DNA of 64,000 nt from NCBI GenBank assembly GCA_017302815.1, contig JAFLCQ010000003.1:2042-66041 (forward strand). Reading direction: 5' to 3'. The stretch comes from Planctomycetota bacterium. GTDB taxonomy: Bacteria > Planctomycetota > UBA11346. The notes beneath the pieces are model-generated. The model saw only the letters and a program-made list of their open reading frames with translations. It did no database searches and was not told the DNA's origin. The number at the start of each line of letters is the position of its first letter. The stretch's first letter is position 1. Below are positions 60,471 to 64,000 of the stretch, one piece after another. Both the position numbers and the translations under genes were made by a program.

Positions 60471-62444
60471 TCAGCCGGCGGGCACCAGCTCGTCGGCGAG
60501 ACGGAACACGGTCGTGGGGCAGCTGGGCAGCGCGCGCAGGAAGTAGCGGCCGTAGGAGGCCGTCGCCACGCGGTGGTCCATGATCGCCACCGTCCCGGTG
60601 TCGGTGCGGGTGCGGATCAGGCGGCCGAAGCCCTGCTTCAGGCGCAGGATGGCCTCGGGCACCTGGCGTTCGACGAAGGGGTTGCCGCCGCGCTTGCGGA
60701 TCTCGTTCAGGCGCGACTCGACCACCGGGTGGTTGGGGACCTCGAAGGGCAGCTTGGCGATGACGACGTGGCGCAGGGCGTTGCCCGGCACGTCGACGCC
60801 CTCCCAGAAGCTGCTGGTGCCGAACAGCACCGCGTCGCCGGTGCGCTTGAACAGCTCGATCATCTGGCTGCGCGCCATGCCATCGCCGTGGCGGAGGACG
60901 AAGCGGCGTAGCCGGTCCAGCTGCGGCCGCACGCGGTCATGCACCGCCTGCAGCTGGCGGTAGCTGGTGAAGAGGACGAAGATGCCGCCCTCGGCTTCGA
61001 CGGCGTAGCGGCCCAGCCAGCGCGCCATGGCGTCGGCGAAGGACTCCGAGTTCGGGTCCAGCACCGACTCGTTGATGAGGATGCGCGCCTGCGCCTGGTA
61101 GTCGAAGGGGCTGTCCAGGCGCTTCGCCGCGCCGCCGTCCAGGCCGATACGCCGGCGCAGGAAGAGGAAGCGCTCGGAGTCGTCCGCCGCCAGGGTGGCG
61201 CTGGTCAGCACCACGGTGCGCATGCGGTCGAAGAGCTGCTCCTTCAGCATGGTCGCCACCGACAGCGGCCGCGCCGACAGCGATGGCGAACGGCGCTCCT
61301 TGGGAACGGTGGCGTAGCACACCAGGCCGCTGTCCTCGCCGGCGAGGACGCGGCGGATGCCGCCCGCCATCTCCAGGGCGCGGGTCGCCTGGGCGGTCAG
61401 CTCGGTCGCCTCGTTGTCGTCGCCGGCACGCGACTTCAGGCGGTCCAGGGCCTGCGCCAACTCGTCCAGGGCCGGGGAGAGCGGATTCTCCACCGGATGG
61501 GCGGCGCTGATCCGCACCGTCTCGTCGCTGCGGCCCTCGGCGAGGCGGCCGACGCCCAGCCACAGGTCCTCGTTCGCCCGGCGCACCCCCTCCACCGCGC
61601 CGCGCGCGTCCTCGCGCCGCGGATCGGCGAGCAGGCCCTTGCCGCGCACGCTCCACAGGGTGTCGAGGAACCAGCGCACCTGCGCCGCGCTCACCTCGAC
61701 GCCAAGGTGGTCGGTGGCCACGTCCTCCAGCGCGTGCGCCTCGTCGAAGACCACCACCTGGTGCGGCGGCAGGATGCCGCCGGCCTCTTCGCGCAGGCCG
61801 AGGTCGCTGAAGTAGAGGTGGTGGTTCACCACCAGCAGCTGCGCCCCCTCCATGCGCTGGCGGGCGGCGTAGAAGAAGCAGCTGCCGAACTCGGGGCATT
61901 TGCGGCCGAGGCAGTTGGTGCGGTCGCTCTGGACCAGGCGCCACACCGCATGCGACGGTTCCCAGCCCAGCTCCTCCTTGTCGCCGATCTCGGCCTCGTT
62001 GTGGGCCCAGTCGGCGATCTGGCGCAGGGCCTGTGCATCCTCGCGCGTCTCGAACAGCGCCTGCTGGCCGTCGTAAGCCAGGCCGAGGCGGCGGATGGAG
62101 ACGTAGTTCTGCCGCCCCTTCACCAGCACGGCCTTCAGTTCGGGGAAGATCTGCTGCAGCAGCGGGATGTCCTTGCGGACGAGCTGCTCCTGCAAGGCGA
62201 TGGTGGCGGTCGAGATCACCACTTTGGTGTTCTGGGCCAGCGCGTGCTGGATGACCGGGATGAGGTAGGCGAAGGACTTGCCGACGCCGGTCGGCGCCTC
62301 GCAGATCACATGGCTGGGGCCCGACAGCCCCTGCGCGACGAGATCCGCCATCGCCACCTGCTGCGGACGGCTTTCCCAGCCCGGCAGCAGGCGCGAGAGC
62401 TCGCCGCCGGGACCGAGGACGTCAGCGACCGTGGCGCGCGGCAT
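60471..62444 (-). CDS. dinG: DinG/Rad3-type ATP-dependent DNA helicase
   Basis: Motifs CEAPTGVGKSFAYLIP (Walker A), VVFDEAHALED (DEAH) and Cys residues between motifs (CLGRKCPEFGSCFF, Fe-S-like). C-terminal FWEGVDVPG ... QGFGRLIRT. Start at 62444, or 62483. Confidence 0.8.
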   Translation of the reverse strand: MPRATVADVLGPGGELSRLLPGWESRPQQVAMADLVAQGLSGPSHVICEAPTGVGKSFAYLIPVIQHALAQNTKVVISTATIALQEQLVRKDIPLLQQIFPELKAVLVKGRQNYVSIRRLGLAYDGQQALFETREDAQALRQIADWAHNEAEIGDKEELGWEPSHAVWRLVQSDRTNCLGRKCPEFGSCFFYAARQRMEGAQLLVVNHHLYFSDLGLREEAGGILPPHQVVVFDEAHALEDVATDHLGVEVSAAQVRWFLDTLWSVRGKGLLADPRREDARGAVEGVRRANEDLWLGVGRLAEGRSDETVRISAAHPVENPLSPALDELAQALDRLKSRAGDDNEATELTAQATRALEMAGGIRRVLAGEDSGLVCYATVPKERRSPSLSARPLSVATMLKEQLFDRMRTVVLTSATLAADDSERFLFLRRRIGLDGGAAKRLDSPFDYQAQARILINESVLDPNSESFADAMARWLGRYAVEAEGGIFVLFTSYRQLQAVHDRVRPQLDRLRRFVLRHGDGMARSQMIELFKRTGDAVLFGTSSFWEGVDVPGNALRHVVIAKLPFEVPNHPVVESRLNEIRKRGGNPFVERQVPEAILRLKQGFGRLIRTRTDTGTVAIMDHRVATASYGRYFLRALPSCPTTVFRLADELVPAG

Positions 62445-62511
62445 GGGTGTGCTTATAGACCCATTCGGGATTTTGCCAACCACGAGGGAGCGGCTCTGCT
62501 AGGACGCCGCC

Positions 62512-62967
62512 ATGCCCCTGGCCGACGACGCCCGCTGCCGCATCGTCCTGCTGCATCCGCCCCTGGACGGCGATGCGGGAGAACGGCTGGCCACCGCCTG
62601 CGGCAAGCTGTTCGCCCAGTTCATCCGTGAAGGGCGCTGCGATGCGGCCACGGCGGAGATCGAGCACGGCGGAGCCGCCTTGGTCCTGGCCTGGTCGCCC
62701 GCCGTCCCCCTCTCCGGGTGCAGCCACGACAAGCTCAACGCCCTGCTGGCCGCCCACGGCCGGGATCCGGTGCCGCCGCCCTGCTGCGTGCGCCTGAGCG
62801 ATGGCTGGCGCTGCCTCGACCGCGCCGGCCTGCGCGCCCAGGCCGCGGCGGACACCCCGCTGCTCGACCACCGCCTCGAACGGCTGGGCGATTGGCGTGC
62901 ACACGGCCTGACCACCGTCGGCGCCTCGTGGGCCGCCGCGCTCCTGCCGAGACCGATCCCGACATGA
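62512..62967 (+). CDS. Hypothetical protein
   Basis: 151-aa ORF. Its stop overlaps the next start (ATGA). No recognised motif. Confidence 0.4.
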   Translation: MPLADDARCRIVLLHPPLDGDAGERLATACGKLFAQFIREGRCDAATAEIEHGGAALVLAWSPAVPLSGCSHDKLNALLAAHGRDPVPPPCCVRLSDGWRCLDRAGLRAQAAADTPLLDHRLERLGDWRAHGLTTVGASWAAALLPRPIPT

Positions 62968-63665
62968 CCACGCCCATCGCCCTCGCCGCCACGCTGCGCG
63001 ACCGCTGCGACGCCATGCGCTTCGCCGGCCTCACCGTCTACAATCCGCTGGTCTACGCCTGGACCGTGCACGAGGAATACCTGCGCCGCTTCGCCGCCGG
63101 ACGCAAGAAGACCCTGTTCCTGGGCATGAATCCGGGGCCCTTCGGCATGGCGCAGATCGGCGTGCCCTTCGGCGAGATCGCCGCCGCGCGCGACTGGATG
63201 CGCCTGTCCGGCGCCATCGGCAGGCCGCCGCGCGAACATCCCAAGCGCCCGATCCAGGGCTGGGACTGCCCGCGCAGCGAGGTCAGCGGCCGCCGCCTGT
63301 GGGGCCTGTTCTCCGCCCGCTTCGGCACCCCGGAGGCCTTCTTCGCCGACCATCTGGTGGTGAACTGGTGCCCACTGGTGTTCATGGGCGAGACCGGCGC
63401 GAACATCACCCCGGACAAGCTGCCGGCCGGCGAGCTGGCGCCGCTGCAGCAGGCCTGCGACGCCCACCTGTCCGGCGTCATCACCGCCACCGGCGCACAG
63501 GTGGTGGTCGGTCTGGGCAAGATCGCCAGCGCTGCCGCCGCGCGCGCCGGCGCCCCGCGGGTGGTCGATGTGCTGCACCCCAGCCCGGCCAGCCCGGCGG
63601 CCAACCGCGGCTGGGCCGAGGCGGCGACCCGCTCGCTGGTGGCGGCCGGGGTGTGGACCGCCTGA
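62964..63665 (+). CDS. SMUG1-type (family 3) uracil-DNA glycosylase
   Basis: LFLGMNPGPFGMAQIGVPFG matches the SMUG1 GMNPGP.GM.QTGVPF active-site block. HPSPASPAAN matches the C-terminal HPSP motif. Confidence 0.7.
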   Translation: MTTPIALAATLRDRCDAMRFAGLTVYNPLVYAWTVHEEYLRRFAAGRKKTLFLGMNPGPFGMAQIGVPFGEIAAARDWMRLSGAIGRPPREHPKRPIQGWDCPRSEVSGRRLWGLFSARFGTPEAFFADHLVVNWCPLVFMGETGANITPDKLPAGELAPLQQACDAHLSGVITATGAQVVVGLGKIASAAAARAGAPRVVDVLHPSPASPAANRGWAEAATRSLVAAGVWTA

Positions 63666-63701
63666 TATTGCAGGCCGGCCGCCTCCCCCGACCATCCGCC
63701 C

Positions 63702-64000
63702 ATGCCCGCATGGGACCAGGCAGCGGTGATGGCGGCGGCGAAGCGGCTCCGCCTGGTGGCGGATCCGATGCGCCGGCGCCAGGGCGAAGGCTCTCGCCTG
63801 GGTCGCGGGCCCGGCGCCAGCCTCGAATTCCACGACCATCGGCCCTACGCGCCCGGCGACGACCTGCGGCATCTCGACTGGTCGGCCTACGCGCGCAGCG
63901 GGCAGCTGGTGATCCGCCGCCACCGCAAGGAGGTCAGCCCGCGCCTGGAGGTGCTGCTCGACGCCTCAGCCAGCATGGCGGTCGACGCCGCCAAGGCCGC
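63702..64000 (+). CDS. DUF58 domain protein (3' end outside window)
   Basis: Open frame from ATG 63702 to the window edge. GASLEFHDHRPYAPGDDLRHLDWSAYARSGQLVIRRH is the DUF58 signature. Confidence 0.65.
   Translation, partial: MPAWDQAAVMAAAKRLRLVADPMRRRQGEGSRLGRGPGASLEFHDHRPYAPGDDLRHLDWSAYARSGQLVIRRHRKEVSPRLEVLLDASASMAVDAAKA

Noticed and set aside
62964-63665. SMUG-type uracil-DNA glycosylase considered as part of the mobile element (pipolins often carry a UDG)
   Set aside because: It lies about 20 kb outside the element, among housekeeping genes of host-like composition next to dinG. I regard it as an ordinary chromosomal repair gene.

Overview
High-GC bacterial chromosome segment. The FPNTRWSLI-type ECF sigma N-terminus and the kinase-linked regulation are reminiscent of Planctomycetota/PVC bacteria, but taxonomy cannot be settled from this window. 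All protein calls rest on motif recognition by eye in the supplied translations. No database, HMM or structure search was possible. The window has three blocks. (1) 1-18.9 kb is a copper/silver-type metal-homeostasis island. It holds a CopA P-type ATPase, a CopZ-like chaperone translationally coupled to a CorE-like Cys-rich ECF sigma factor, and a second ECF sigma. It also holds one long minus-strand operon, CusC-CusB-CusA-like plus several small His-rich or YHS-like proteins, which ends in a Ser/Thr kinase. The island is bracketed by two paralogous secreted proteins built from an unrecognised PWYIGPKGGD repeat. (2) About 19.06-43.05 kb is a ~24-kb integrated element next to tRNA-Gly(GCC), bounded by a 15-bp direct repeat. 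It has a tyrosine integrase, an excisionase-type HTH and an XRE regulator. I could recognise no capsid, terminase, tail, relaxase or T4SS genes. It does carry a private replication toolkit: a 1698-aa PolB / AEP PrimPol / SF2 helicase fusion, a DnaB-C-like ATPase, an ATP-dependent DNA ligase, a shortened beta-clamp homologue, a Cas4-like 4-Cys nuclease and a DUF932 protein. It also carries a tightly coupled cassette of small acidic protein, RuvB-like AAA+, MoxR-like AAA+ and an HExxH+VWA protein. This element and its polymerase fusion are my best candidates for something undescribed. (3) 43.16-64 kb is ordinary core genome: tRNA-Gly, hemB, an S41 peptidase, a PP2C/GAF phosphatase, an HDOD protein, acs, an adenylate cyclase, an AraC regulator with a GH42-like enzyme, TerC, DinG and a SMUG-type UDG. 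No rRNA, CRISPR array or intact transposase was seen. Many long ORFs in the track are antisense shadows typical of high-GC DNA and were not called.
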